64,000 nt of DNA. Source: an uncultured delta proteobacterium. GTDB taxonomy: Bacteria > Myxococcota_A > UBA9160 > SMWR01. The stretch covers positions 64,001-128,000 of the forward strand of contig CAWHTE010000005.1 of NCBI GenBank assembly GCA_963832165.1, written 5' to 3'. This document shows, in pieces, positions 33,006-41,699 of this stretch. Within the stretch, counting starts at the first letter, position 1. Every line of letters starts with the position of its first letter. Made by a program: the position numbers and the translations under genes. The notes below the pieces were generated by a model, which was not told the DNA's origin, made no database searches, and saw only the letters and a list, made by a program, of their open reading frames with translations.

Positions 33006-33590
33006 TCAGAACCGGAAGCGCAGCCCGATCACTTCCCACGAGTAGTAGAACGTGTCGTCGATCGGGTTGTCGTCGTGGATCCCCGCCGGGATCACGTTGA
33101 AGAGCATCTGGCTGCCCACCGCCACGGTCTCGTTGATGCGGAAGTCCACACCGAAGCCCGGGGAGAGCAGGAAGTGGGTGTCGTCGTCGTCGACGCCCTT
33201 GTAGACGTCTGCATCCCACCAGGAAAATCCGATTCCCAGATGAGCATACGGCTCGATGAATGAGACATCGGGGTCGATCAACTCGCCGAGGTCGGGCCAG
33301 TAGCGGGCAAAGAGCTGGGGTGAGACGATCGTGATGTCGTCGTCGATTCCCACTTCAGTGAGCAGACCCACCGACAACGGCTCCGCGACGCGGTAGTCGC
33401 CCTCGAAACCGAGCAGCAGCGAGGTCGGACTCGAGGTGAAGCCGAGGCCCGGCTTCAGCGAGAATGTTCCCTCATCGCGATAGCCATAGTCGCTGTTCGG
33501 CGTTTCCGCCGCGTACGGATCGTCCTGCGCCAATGCAGGAGCGGCGAGCAGCAACGCGATCACGAGCACACGTGTGGGTGAAAACCCCAT
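33006..33590 (-). CDS. Small outer-membrane beta-barrel protein
   Basis: Signal peptide (ALA-Q), alternating beta strands, PYAHLGIG, C-terminal GLRFRF aromatic terminus. Confidence 0.75.
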   Translation of the reverse strand: MGFSPTRVLVIALLLAAPALAQDDPYAAETPNSDYGYRDEGTFSLKPGLGFTSSPTSLLLGFEGDYRVAEPLSVGLLTEVGIDDDITIVSPQLFARYWPDLGELIDPDVSFIEPYAHLGIGFSWWDADVYKGVDDDDTHFLLSPGFGVDFRINETVAVGSQMLFNVIPAGIHDDNPIDDTFYYSWEVIGLRFRF

Positions 33591-33719
33591 TCGAACTTCC
33601 TCCTCTGTTCCCCGACGCTCGGGTAGGTAGCCACAGCGCGAGGCAGTCGCAACCCATGACGCACGATCGTGTCAGCCGTCACAAAACGGCGTTCTGTCGC
33701 GCCGACTCCGAAGGAGGAG

Positions 33720-33796
33720 TGGTAGCGGTGGTTGGACTCGAACCAACGACCTACGGCTTATGAAGCCGCCGCTCTAACCGACTGAGCTACACCGCC
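33720..33796 (-). tRNA. tRNA-Met (CAT), probably elongator
   Basis: GGCGGTGTAGCTCAGTCGGTTAGAGCGGCGGCTTCATAAGCCGTAGGTCGTTGGTTCGAGTCCAACCACCGCTACCA: cloverleaf, TTCATAA loop, GTTCGA T-loop, encoded CCA; lacks the initiator GGG/CCC anticodon stem. Confidence 0.95.
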
Positions 33797-33825
33797 CGAA
33801 AACGCGGCCGGGACGATACAACACA

Positions 33826-34467
33826 CTACGACTCTGGCGGAGGTATGGCCCCCTGTGCGGCTGTGCTCTCGCCCGGGCCACCCTTGAACACGGCCTTCTC
33901 GAGCGCCTCGAGCCGCCGGATCAGATCGCGGATCACGTCGGGCGACGGTCCTGCACTCGGTGCTGCGGCACTCGCGGGCGCGCCCGGCGGACCCGCACCG
34001 CTTGCGACCTTCGTATAGACGGCGACGCGATCCACGATCTCGTCGAGCTTCGGGATGATGTCGCCCATCGTGCCGCTCTGGATGAAGATGCGCCGTGCGG
34101 CGGCCGCCTCGGCTTCGCTCTTCACATCGAGCGGCAGGCAGTGCACGTCGAGGCTCGCGCCATCGCCGAACTGCGTGAACGCGCCGAAGATCAGATAGTC
34201 GCCGCCGCGCGCCTGGCCCCAGTCGAGCGCCTTCTTGAGCACCGTGGTGGCCGCGCCGGGATCCTCCACGCGTTCCACCTGCACGCGCCCGGTCTGCTCG
34301 AGGCGCGAAGAGATCATGTCGGTGATGCCGCGGCTCACGTAGCCGGGATTCGACGCCGCGGTGTGCACGACGATCGGCAGAATCACGATCCGCGTGCGAT
34401 CGGCCGCCGACGCGCTTCCGCTGAGCAGCAGCGCTCCCATGAGAGCCAGAACCTGCGCGACCCGCAT
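33826..34467 (-). CDS. Exported hypothetical protein (TolB-N/CsgG-like alpha/beta domain)
   Basis: Signal peptide (ASA-A), IVILPI...GITDMISSRL...GGDYLIFGAFTQFGDGASLD pattern. Confidence 0.6.
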   Translation of the reverse strand: MRVAQVLALMGALLLSGSASAADRTRIVILPIVVHTAASNPGYVSRGITDMISSRLEQTGRVQVERVEDPGAATTVLKKALDWGQARGGDYLIFGAFTQFGDGASLDVHCLPLDVKSEAEAAAARRIFIQSGTMGDIIPKLDEIVDRVAVYTKVASGAGPPGAPASAAAPSAGPSPDVIRDLIRRLEALEKAVFKGGPGESTAAQGAIPPPES

Positions 34468-34485
34468 CAGGCGCGCGATACTAGC

Positions 34486-36152
34486 TCACTCGGCGTTCGG
34501 CTCGCGGGCGTCGAGCGGCAGACGCACCAGGAACGCCGCCCCGCGCCCCTCGCGGCTCGTCACCTCGATCGTGCCGCGGTGATCGGTCGCGATCCGGTGG
34601 CACACCATCAGGCCGAGGCCCGTGCCGGCGTCGGGGCCCTTCGTGGTGAAGAATGGATCGAAAATCAGCTCGAGGTGCTCGGGCTTGATGCCCGGGCCCC
34701 GTGTCTCGCACCTCGATCTCCACGCCGTTGCCGTCCGGGGCCGGGCCCGTGCGCACGATCACCTCACCCTCGGGCGGCGTGACCGAGAGCGCATTCAGCA
34801 CGAGATTCAGCACCACCTGGTGGATCTGATCGCGCGCTGCGACGATCTTGGGCGTCGCGGACTCCGCGCGCAGGATCAGGCCCACGCGGCCGAGTTCCGC
34901 CTCGCGGTGCAGCAGCGTCACGACTTCGCGCGCCACTTCGTCGGGCCCGAACGTCTCGTACGAGATCCCTCCAGCGCCGGCCTGCCCGAGCCGGCGCATC
35001 GTGCGCAGCAGCTCGCGGATGCGATCCACTTCCTTCACCGTCAGCGCGTGATACTCGCCCCAGAATTCGAGGTCGGCCTCGGCGCGCTTCGCGGGCGCCA
35101 TCGCGAGGAACGTGTTGATCGCCACGAGCGGATTGTTGATCTCGTGCGCGAGACCCGCGGCGAGCATGCCGAGCGATCCGAGCCGGTCGGCCCGCCGGAT
35201 CTGTTCGCGCGAGCGGCGCAGGTCTTCGACGAGGCGCGCGTTCTCCACCGCGATCGACGCCTGATTCGAGAGCCCCTCGATCAGCGTGATGTCGTCGGCA
35301 GTGAAGCGCCGGCCACCGCGGCGGTTGTCGACCGTGATCGCGCCCATCAGGCCGTCCTTGCCGAACAGCGGCGAGACGAGGATCTCGTCGGCCGCGACCT
35401 CCGATAGCCACTGCCGCACCACGTTCGAGTACTCGAGCAGGTGCTCGCCGCGCAGCGTGAGCGACATGCCGTCCTCGAGCCGCGAGACGAAGTCGTGCGC
35501 GTTCTCCACCGTGAACTTGAAGCGCTGCAGGCGCGAGGTCGATCTCGTCGGGCACCGAGGGAAGAACCCACTCGAGGGAGCGGTTCTTCGGGTTGCGCAG
35601 CAGGAGATTCGCGCCGTCGTAGCCGAGATCCCTGCGCATCGTGGCGAGGATCAACGCGAGCAGCCGATCGAGCTCGAGCTCGCGGTTGAGCATTCCCGAC
35701 ACGCGGTTCAGCACCGTGAGCTCGTTCAAGAGCTGCGAGCGCTCGCGATCGAGCGCGTAGGCCTCGATGCCGCGCAGCAGCGTGGCGCGCACGTCCTCGG
35801 GGTTCCACGGCTTCGGGATGAAGCGGTAGATCGACCCGTTGTTGATCGCGTCCTGGAGCGTTGCTGCATCGCCGTAGGCCGTGACCATGATCCGGATCGT
35901 CTTCGGATCGATCTGGGCCGCGCGCGCGAGGAACTCGGTGCCGGTCATGCCGGGCATCCGGTGGTCCGAGATCACCACCGCCACGGGCTGGGTGTTGATG
36001 ATCTCGAGGCCCGCTTCGCCGCTCGTGGCGGTGACGATGGAGAACTCGCGCCGGAACGTGAGCTCGAAGATGCGCAGGTTCTCGGGCTCGTCGTCGACAT
36101 AAAGGATCGGATACTCGCGCGGCTCGCGGAGCATCTCGGGGTTAGGCCGCAT
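34486..36152 (-). CDS. Hybrid REC-GAF-histidine kinase, two frameshifts (near 35530 and 34695)
   Basis: ILYVDDE...ISDHRMPG...FIPKPW receiver; GAF-like middle; GLAHEINNPL, NLVLNA; DTGPG then IFDPFFTTK..GTGLGL in a third frame ending at TGA 34486. Confidence 0.85.
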
Positions 36153-39021
36153 CACGCCCCTCGCCGTTCGAGCCGGGGTGATCCGGCAGCGGGAAGCGCA
36201 TCACCACGCGGGCGCCTTCGCCGTGGACCGAGCCGATATCGAGCGATCCGCCGTGCTCTTCCATGATCCGCCGGCTGATCGAGAGCCCGAGCCCTGAGCC
36301 CCGGCCGACCTTCGTGGTGACGAACGGCTCGAACAGCCGGTCGCGCACCTCGGGTGCCACGCCCGGACCGTCGTCCCGGATCTCCACGAGCACGGCGCCC
36401 TCCTCGGTGCGGGCCGTCACCCAGACGGATCCGGCCCCGCGCTCGGATTGTTCGAATGACTCGACCGCATTCTTGAGCAAGTTCAGGAAAACCTGGTTCA
36501 GGGCGCGCACATCGCCGCGGATCTGCGGGAGCCCCTCGGGGATATCCGCATGGATCTGGACCCCAGCCGACGTCAGCGTGTGACCCATCAGGCGCAGCGT
36601 CGTGCGCAGTCCGCGCGCCAGGTCGACCGGCCCCCGGTCGCGGGACCCCGGTGCAGCGAAGTCGCGCAGGTCGCCCACGAGCGCCGCCGTGCGGTCGAGC
36701 CCCTCGGTGACGATGTCGGTGAGCTCGGTGAGCGTGGCCGCGCTCTCGTCGAAGCCGAGCTTCGTGCGCAGCGCCTCGAGTGCATCGATCTGGCGGCGCA
36801 TCGCATCGGTGTCGCCCGGGTCGATCGCAGCCACCTGCTCGGCCACCTTGCGCACGTCAGCGACCACCGCGCGCAGCGTGCGGGCCGCGTTCATCGCGAA
36901 GTTCACGGGGTTGTTGATCTCGTGGGCGACGCCGGCCGCGAGTTCACCCACGGCCGCGAGCCGTTCTGCGTGGACGAGCTGAGCGCCGGCCTGCTTGAGC
37001 TCCTCCATCGTGGCCATGAGCTCTTCGTTCGTGGTCTCGAGCAGCGAGTTGCGCACCGCGAGCTCCTGCTGCGCGTGGCGCAGCCGGACGAGGGATCGCA
37101 CGCGTGCGAGCAGCTCGCGCGGATGGAACGGCTTGGTGACGTAGTCGTCCGCGCCGTGCTCGAGCCCCTGGATCTTCATCTCGCGCTCGGCCTTCGAGGT
37201 GACGAGCACCACGGGCACGCTCGCGAGCGCCGGGTCGCGCTTGATCTCCGCGCAAAGCTCGATACCCGTCATCTCGGGCATCATTACGTCGGTGAGCACG
37301 AGGTCGGGCGCATGCGCGCGCGCGGCCTCGAGGCCCTCGCGTCCGTTGCGCGCCACGCGCACGCGGAACTCCTGTCCCACCAGGTGGTGGAGCAGGCGCC
37401 GCATGTCGACGTTGTCCTCCACCAGCAGCACCTCGGGCGTACCGGGCGGATGGTCGGGATAGTTCGGCCGCGTCTTGCGCTTCCACTGCCCTTCCGCGCG
37501 CTCGACGTTCCGCTCGAGCTCCACGTACTTCATCTGTTCCCGCAGATGGCCATCATCGCTGGCATCGCTGTCGGTGCCTTCGCTCGCCTCGCCGTCGGGC
37601 TCGTCCTGGCGGAGCTCCGCTTCCATTCCCGCAATCGCGCTGCGCAGTGCCGGTGAGAGCTCTGCCGCATCGATCGCCTCGGACACCGCGTCTTCTGCCG
37701 CGTCGCTCTCGCCTGCGGGCAGCACCACGTGGATCTGCGCGCCATGTCCGAGCCCGTGGCTCTCCGCCCAGACGCGCCCACCGTGCAGCTCCACGAGCTC
37801 CTTCACGAGCGCGAGCCCGATCCCCGTGCCTTCGTATCGGCGCGTGTTCGAGCCATCGACCTGCGCAAAGCGGTCGAAGATGCGCTCGAGCTGGTTCGGC
37901 GGGATCCCCGCGCCGGTGTCCGCCACGACGATGTGTACACCGCCTTTCCCTTCGTGCACACCGTGCACCCGGATCGCGCCGCCACCGTCGGTGAACTTCA
38001 GCGCGTTGCCGAGCAGATTGACGAGGATCTTCTCGAACGCCTCGGGATCGGCGTGGATCTCGGGCAGCTCCTCGAGCCCCTCCACTTCGAGCCGCACGCC
38101 TTTTCGTTCCGCGAGCGGACGCGCGCCCGAGATGATCCCCTCGCACACCTCCGCGAGCCGCACGGGCCGCCGCCGCACCTGGAGCTGTTGGCTCTCGATC
38201 TTCGCGAGGTCGAGCAGGTTGTTGATCAGCTTGAGCAGCCGAAGCCCGTTGCTCTGCACGGTTTCCAGATAGCTTTGCTGCATCGGGTTGAGCTCGCCGA
38301 ACTCTCCACCCAGCATCGCCTCTACCGGTGCCAGCGTGAGCGTGAGCGGAGTGCGCAGCTCGTGGTGGATGTTCGCCGTGAAGCGCGACTTCGCGGCGTC
38401 GAGCTCTTTCAGCTCGTCGCGCGCGCGCTCGATCTCGCGGCGCTGCAGGAAGTCGGAGAAGCGCATGCGATCCAAAAGAGCGCAGGCGACAACACTCTCT
38501 GCACCCGCCGCAAGTGGAAACGCCAAAGCGAGCAAATAGGCGTGCCAGCTTAGAGCAGCAGACTCAGTAATCGGAAGTGCACCTAACCCCACAACAAGTA
38601 CAGCAACGATTCCGGCCGCTTGCATTGCTGTAAGCGGAAGCAATACGGGCATTCCCAGGAACAGCAGCATCAGGCCCGGCGTGTATTGCCCACCGGCCCC
38701 TCCCACAACCCCAATTACTTCCAGCAGCATCCATCCCGCGCAGAGCACGCCAACGATGCAAGACGCCTTGGGGTATCGGCTTGCTGTAAATGTGGCGATC
38801 GCAATCATTACAAGATCGCAGGCGACTCGTACCCAAAGCATGCGCAGGAACAGTTCTCGAAAGACGAACCAATCCAATGCCATGAACGCCGTGGTAAATG
38901 CGGCGACGATAAGCGCACCGTTCCGCGTCGCTCGCGGCAGTTCCGCTAGCTCAACGTGCGCGCGATATTCGGCGTAGGCGGATCTGGCCTGGCGGTCGAT
39001 GATACCCATCGCCTCCGCCAA
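36142..39021 (-). CDS. Membrane hybrid sensor kinase TM-HisKA-HATPase-REC-HisKA-HATPase
   Basis: About 5 TMs, NIHHELRTPL, NLLGNALKF, GTGIGL, LLVEDN...LTDVMMP, GVAHEINNP, NLLKNA, GSGLGL; alternative ATG start at 39009. Confidence 0.92.
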   Translation of the reverse strand: MAEAMGIIDRQARSAYAEYRAHVELAELPRATRNGALIVAAFTTAFMALDWFVFRELFLRMLWVRVACDLVMIAIATFTASRYPKASCIVGVLCAGWMLLEVIGVVGGAGGQYTPGLMLLFLGMPVLLPLTAMQAAGIVAVLVVGLGALPITESAALSWHAYLLALAFPLAAGAESVVACALLDRMRFSDFLQRREIERARDELKELDAAKSRFTANIHHELRTPLTLTLAPVEAMLGGEFGELNPMQQSYLETVQSNGLRLLKLINNLLDLAKIESQQLQVRRRPVRLAEVCEGIISGARPLAERKGVRLEVEGLEELPEIHADPEAFEKILVNLLGNALKFTDGGGAIRVHGVHEGKGGVHIVVADTGAGIPPNQLERIFDRFAQVDGSNTRRYEGTGIGLALVKELVELHGGRVWAESHGLGHGAQIHVVLPAGESDAAEDAVSEAIDAAELSPALRSAIAGMEAELRQDEPDGEASEGTDSDASDDGHLREQMKYVELERNVERAEGQWKRKTRPNYPDHPPGTPEVLLVEDNVDMRRLLHHLVGQEFRVRVARNGREGLEAARAHAPDLVLTDVMMPEMTGIELCAEIKRDPALASVPVVLVTSKAEREMKIQGLEHGADDYVTKPFHPRELLARVRSLVRLRHAQQELAVRNSLLETTNEELMATMEELKQAGAQLVHAERLAAVGELAAGVAHEINNPVNFAMNAARTLRAVVADVRKVAEQVAAIDPGDTDAMRRQIDALEALRTKLGFDESAATLTELTDIVTEGLDRTAALVGDLRDFAAPGSRDRGPVDLARGLRTTLRLMGHTLTSAGVQIHADIPEGLPQIRGDVRALNQVFLNLLKNAVESFEQSERGAGSVWVTARTEEGAVLVEIRDDGPGVAPEVRDRLFEPFVTTKVGRGSGLGLSISRRIMEEHGGSLDIGSVHGEGARVVMRFPLPDHPGSNGEGRDAA

Positions 39022-39087
39022 TCGACCAATCGCGACTAATACTTAAGCCACGCTTCTGCGCGTGGCTCGCACGCGCACGGAGCCAGT

Positions 39088-41556
39088 CTACGGCCGGCGT
39101 GCGCTTACGATCACTGCTTGAGGGGGGTCGCCAAACCCTTGCCCCGCCTGGACTTCTACGAATCCCGCGTTCGCGACAGCAAAGCGAAGCTCCGATTCCT
39201 CCCAAAACCGGAAGCGCCCACTCTCCTCAAGATCAAGTAGCCGCGAACCATCGTTCAGAAAGTCACGCACAAGAGAATCAAAGGAGCTATCAACCGCCCT
39301 GCCGAGCAAAGTTCGGGCCTCAGGAGTCGCGTACTCGAGAAGGCCATCGTGGAAAAGCATCGTCGCGTCCGCATCCTGCACCATTGACGATAGAACTACG
39401 CGCCCACCAGGCATGAGAACTCGGTAGATCTCGCGAAGCAGCCGCTCAGGGCTCTCTACGTAGCTGATCAGCAGAGATGCGATTACTGCGTTGATTGACC
39501 CACTGGCGAGCGGAATCGCCATTCCTCTTCGGAGATCTAGGTTGCCAACACATTGCGTCGTCAAAACTTCACATTGCTCTTGTGTTGGATCCCTCCGCGA
39601 CCTAGCGCGAATCAGTGCATCCCGAACGAAATCGACCTCGATCACCTTGGCTCGTTTAGGCCCGAGGCCTCCGCGTAGACCTACGGAGAACTCGCCCGTC
39701 CCGGCTCCGAGATCCGCAACCCGCTGACCTTCTGCAAGCTGAAGCATCCGGACCTGCGCTTCCATGAAGTTTCGATAGGCGGCTGTTGCCGTAAGCAACT
39801 CCATACCTACGATACGACTTCGACCCAGCAGGTAATCCGCCCAGAACGCTCTCACATCAGGCTGCGCCAACGGGATTCTCGCCAGCTCCGCAGCGCGGGC
39901 GGCGGCAACGCGGGTGACTCGAGGCAGAACGCCGCTCTTCCGCTCGCCCAACGCCATCTCGCTGACCTCTTCCGCGATCAACTGAAATGTCGCAAGAGCC
40001 TTGTGCCCACTCCGCAGCTGGTGGCCAGTCGGAACTTCGATAATCCGCCTAGTCTCCGTGGGCCCGCACGACATGATCTCAATCACGCGGTTGAGATCCA
40101 TCCAGGCATCGTGTCGCCCGTGGATCCACGTGATCGGAATCTCGATGTGCGCCATTTCTCTCCGGGCGTCTTCCAGGAAGCCAATTCCGTTCTCTATCGC
40201 GTCCAAGCCCGTGTAGTCCATGTCAGCGACGACACCGGCTAGTTCGTGTCGACCAAATTTCATTCCTTGAAGCAGGCCACTTCCGAAGTCAATCCCACCG
40301 GAAATTGTCCTGAGCGCGGAATGCAAGTCAGCCATTCCGACGATTGAAACCCATCCGGAGACCCTATGATCGCGGGCGAGAGCATGCCTTGCTTCGACCG
40401 CGGCAAGGCTGAAAGTGACAAGGATGATCTTCCTTGGGGCCCGCGCTTGGTCGCTCAACAAGTAATCGACGGTTGCTGAGATATCCCGAGCCGCCTGCGA
40501 GAAGGTAAAGCGGAGATATTCGTCACCGGGCTGACGACAGTCTTGGTCAATGTGGGACTCTCCGCGCCGGTTAGTCCCGTCGAATCGAATTACCCGAATC
40601 GGCTCCCCGAGTCTTCGGAACGACTCCACGAGCGTCATCGCTAAAGGAAGCATCGTTTCCTTGGTGCGCCCCCACGCGGGTGGAATTATCACGCCAACAC
40701 CGTTCGAGTGCGCCCCCCATCTGTTCTCAATCGCACGAATTGACTCGCCTCGCTCGTTCTCGTACTCGACGACGTGCACCCGGTGCCGTCGCCTGTTAAT
40801 CGCGAAGCCCGCTTTCAGAGCAAGTGCGCTAACGCCCGCACGCGCAAGCTGCATCGTTTCGCGAACTGTCGGGCCACGACCGAGAATCTGATCTCGGCGG
40901 TCAACGTTGAGTAGCTCGCTCGTTGGGACGCTGCTTACTGACAGACCAACCTTCAACCATCCGGGCCGAGTGCTATCGGCGGTCCGATGACGGACGCGTC
41001 CAAATGCCGGCTCTCCCTCGTGACCAACTCGGAGCTCGATTTCGAGAGGAAGGCTCTCCGCCAAAGCCTGAGGCATCCGAATCCCAATGCCATGACGTGT
41101 CCGGTCCATCACCTCGACTTCGGACCATCTGCTTGGGGTTCCGCTCTGAATCATTACCCGGCGCGGATCCGCGTGACTCCGTCCGAGATCACGCCGCTCG
41201 GCGCGATAGACGGACCGGGGAATCGTTGCTCGCAGCGTTCGCGCTCCCACTGCGGAGACGGCTGAACATGCGAAGAAATACTGGGTACCGGCAAGCTCGA
41301 GGCTAAAGAAGAGCTGGGAGTTGGCATGTAGGCTGATGTTCGTCACGGCGAGCAACAGCGCGTTCAAATCGACGTGGAGAATCCTCGCTGTTCGGTCAAT
41401 CCCTGCGTTCAGCACACTTCCTTCTTGCGCTGCACGTTCCAGGATCGCCCGCACTTCGGTGGGATTCGAAATAGAATCCCGGTGGAGCGCTCCAAAGGTC
41501 TCGCTCGCAATGCGATCGAGTCTCTTCGTCGTCTCACCGCCTCTATGCGGCGACAT
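39088..41556 (-). CDS. YcgR-N/PilZ + LuxD-like alpha/beta hydrolase + class I SAM methyltransferase fusion
   Basis: ERRDLGR (RxxxR) and DRTRHG; IRFDGTNRRGES, TFSLAA, HGRHDAW, TGHQL; VADLGAGTG, EIYRVLMPGG. Confidence 0.75.
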   Translation of the reverse strand: MSPHRGGETTKRLDRIASETFGALHRDSISNPTEVRAILERAAQEGSVLNAGIDRTARILHVDLNALLLAVTNISLHANSQLFFSLELAGTQYFFACSAVSAVGARTLRATIPRSVYRAERRDLGRSHADPRRVMIQSGTPSRWSEVEVMDRTRHGIGIRMPQALAESLPLEIELRVGHEGEPAFGRVRHRTADSTRPGWLKVGLSVSSVPTSELLNVDRRDQILGRGPTVRETMQLARAGVSALALKAGFAINRRRHRVHVVEYENERGESIRAIENRWGAHSNGVGVIIPPAWGRTKETMLPLAMTLVESFRRLGEPIRVIRFDGTNRRGESHIDQDCRQPGDEYLRFTFSQAARDISATVDYLLSDQARAPRKIILVTFSLAAVEARHALARDHRVSGWVSIVGMADLHSALRTISGGIDFGSGLLQGMKFGRHELAGVVADMDYTGLDAIENGIGFLEDARREMAHIEIPITWIHGRHDAWMDLNRVIEIMSCGPTETRRIIEVPTGHQLRSGHKALATFQLIAEEVSEMALGERKSGVLPRVTRVAAARAAELARIPLAQPDVRAFWADYLLGRSRIVGMELLTATAAYRNFMEAQVRMLQLAEGQRVADLGAGTGEFSVGLRGGLGPKRAKVIEVDFVRDALIRARSRRDPTQEQCEVLTTQCVGNLDLRRGMAIPLASGSINAVIASLLISYVESPERLLREIYRVLMPGGRVVLSSMVQDADATMLFHDGLLEYATPEARTLLGRAVDSSFDSLVRDFLNDGSRLLDLEESGRFRFWEESELRFAVANAGFVEVQAGQGFGDPPQAVIVSARRP

Positions 41557-41650
41557 TCGTTCCTACCGCATCGTCTTGGCGAGAGACTGTCCGGGATCCC
41601 CGTACATGGCGGCCCATATATTCTCACGGCGGGGGGCCGGAAACGGTCTC

Positions 41651-41679
41651 TTTATACTACGCCCGTCTGAGCTTTCCAA
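41651..41679 (-). promoter_or_regulatory. Putative sigma70 promoter for the fusion gene
   Basis: TTGGAA-N17-TATAAA on minus strand about 95 nt upstream of ATG 41556. Confidence 0.5.
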
Positions 41680-41699
41680 GGCATCGGCGTCGGATCCCG

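Noticed and set aside
33657..33674. Near-palindrome TGACGCACGATCGTGTCA upstream of the beta-barrel gene
   Set aside because: Single imperfect copy with no identifiable cognate regulator; could be chance
33720..33796. tRNA as Ile2 (near tilS) or as an island integration site
   Set aside because: GGCGGTG acceptor stem resembles elongator Met rather than Ile2; no integrase or duplicated 3' end seen, and the low-GC block lies on the 5' side several kb away
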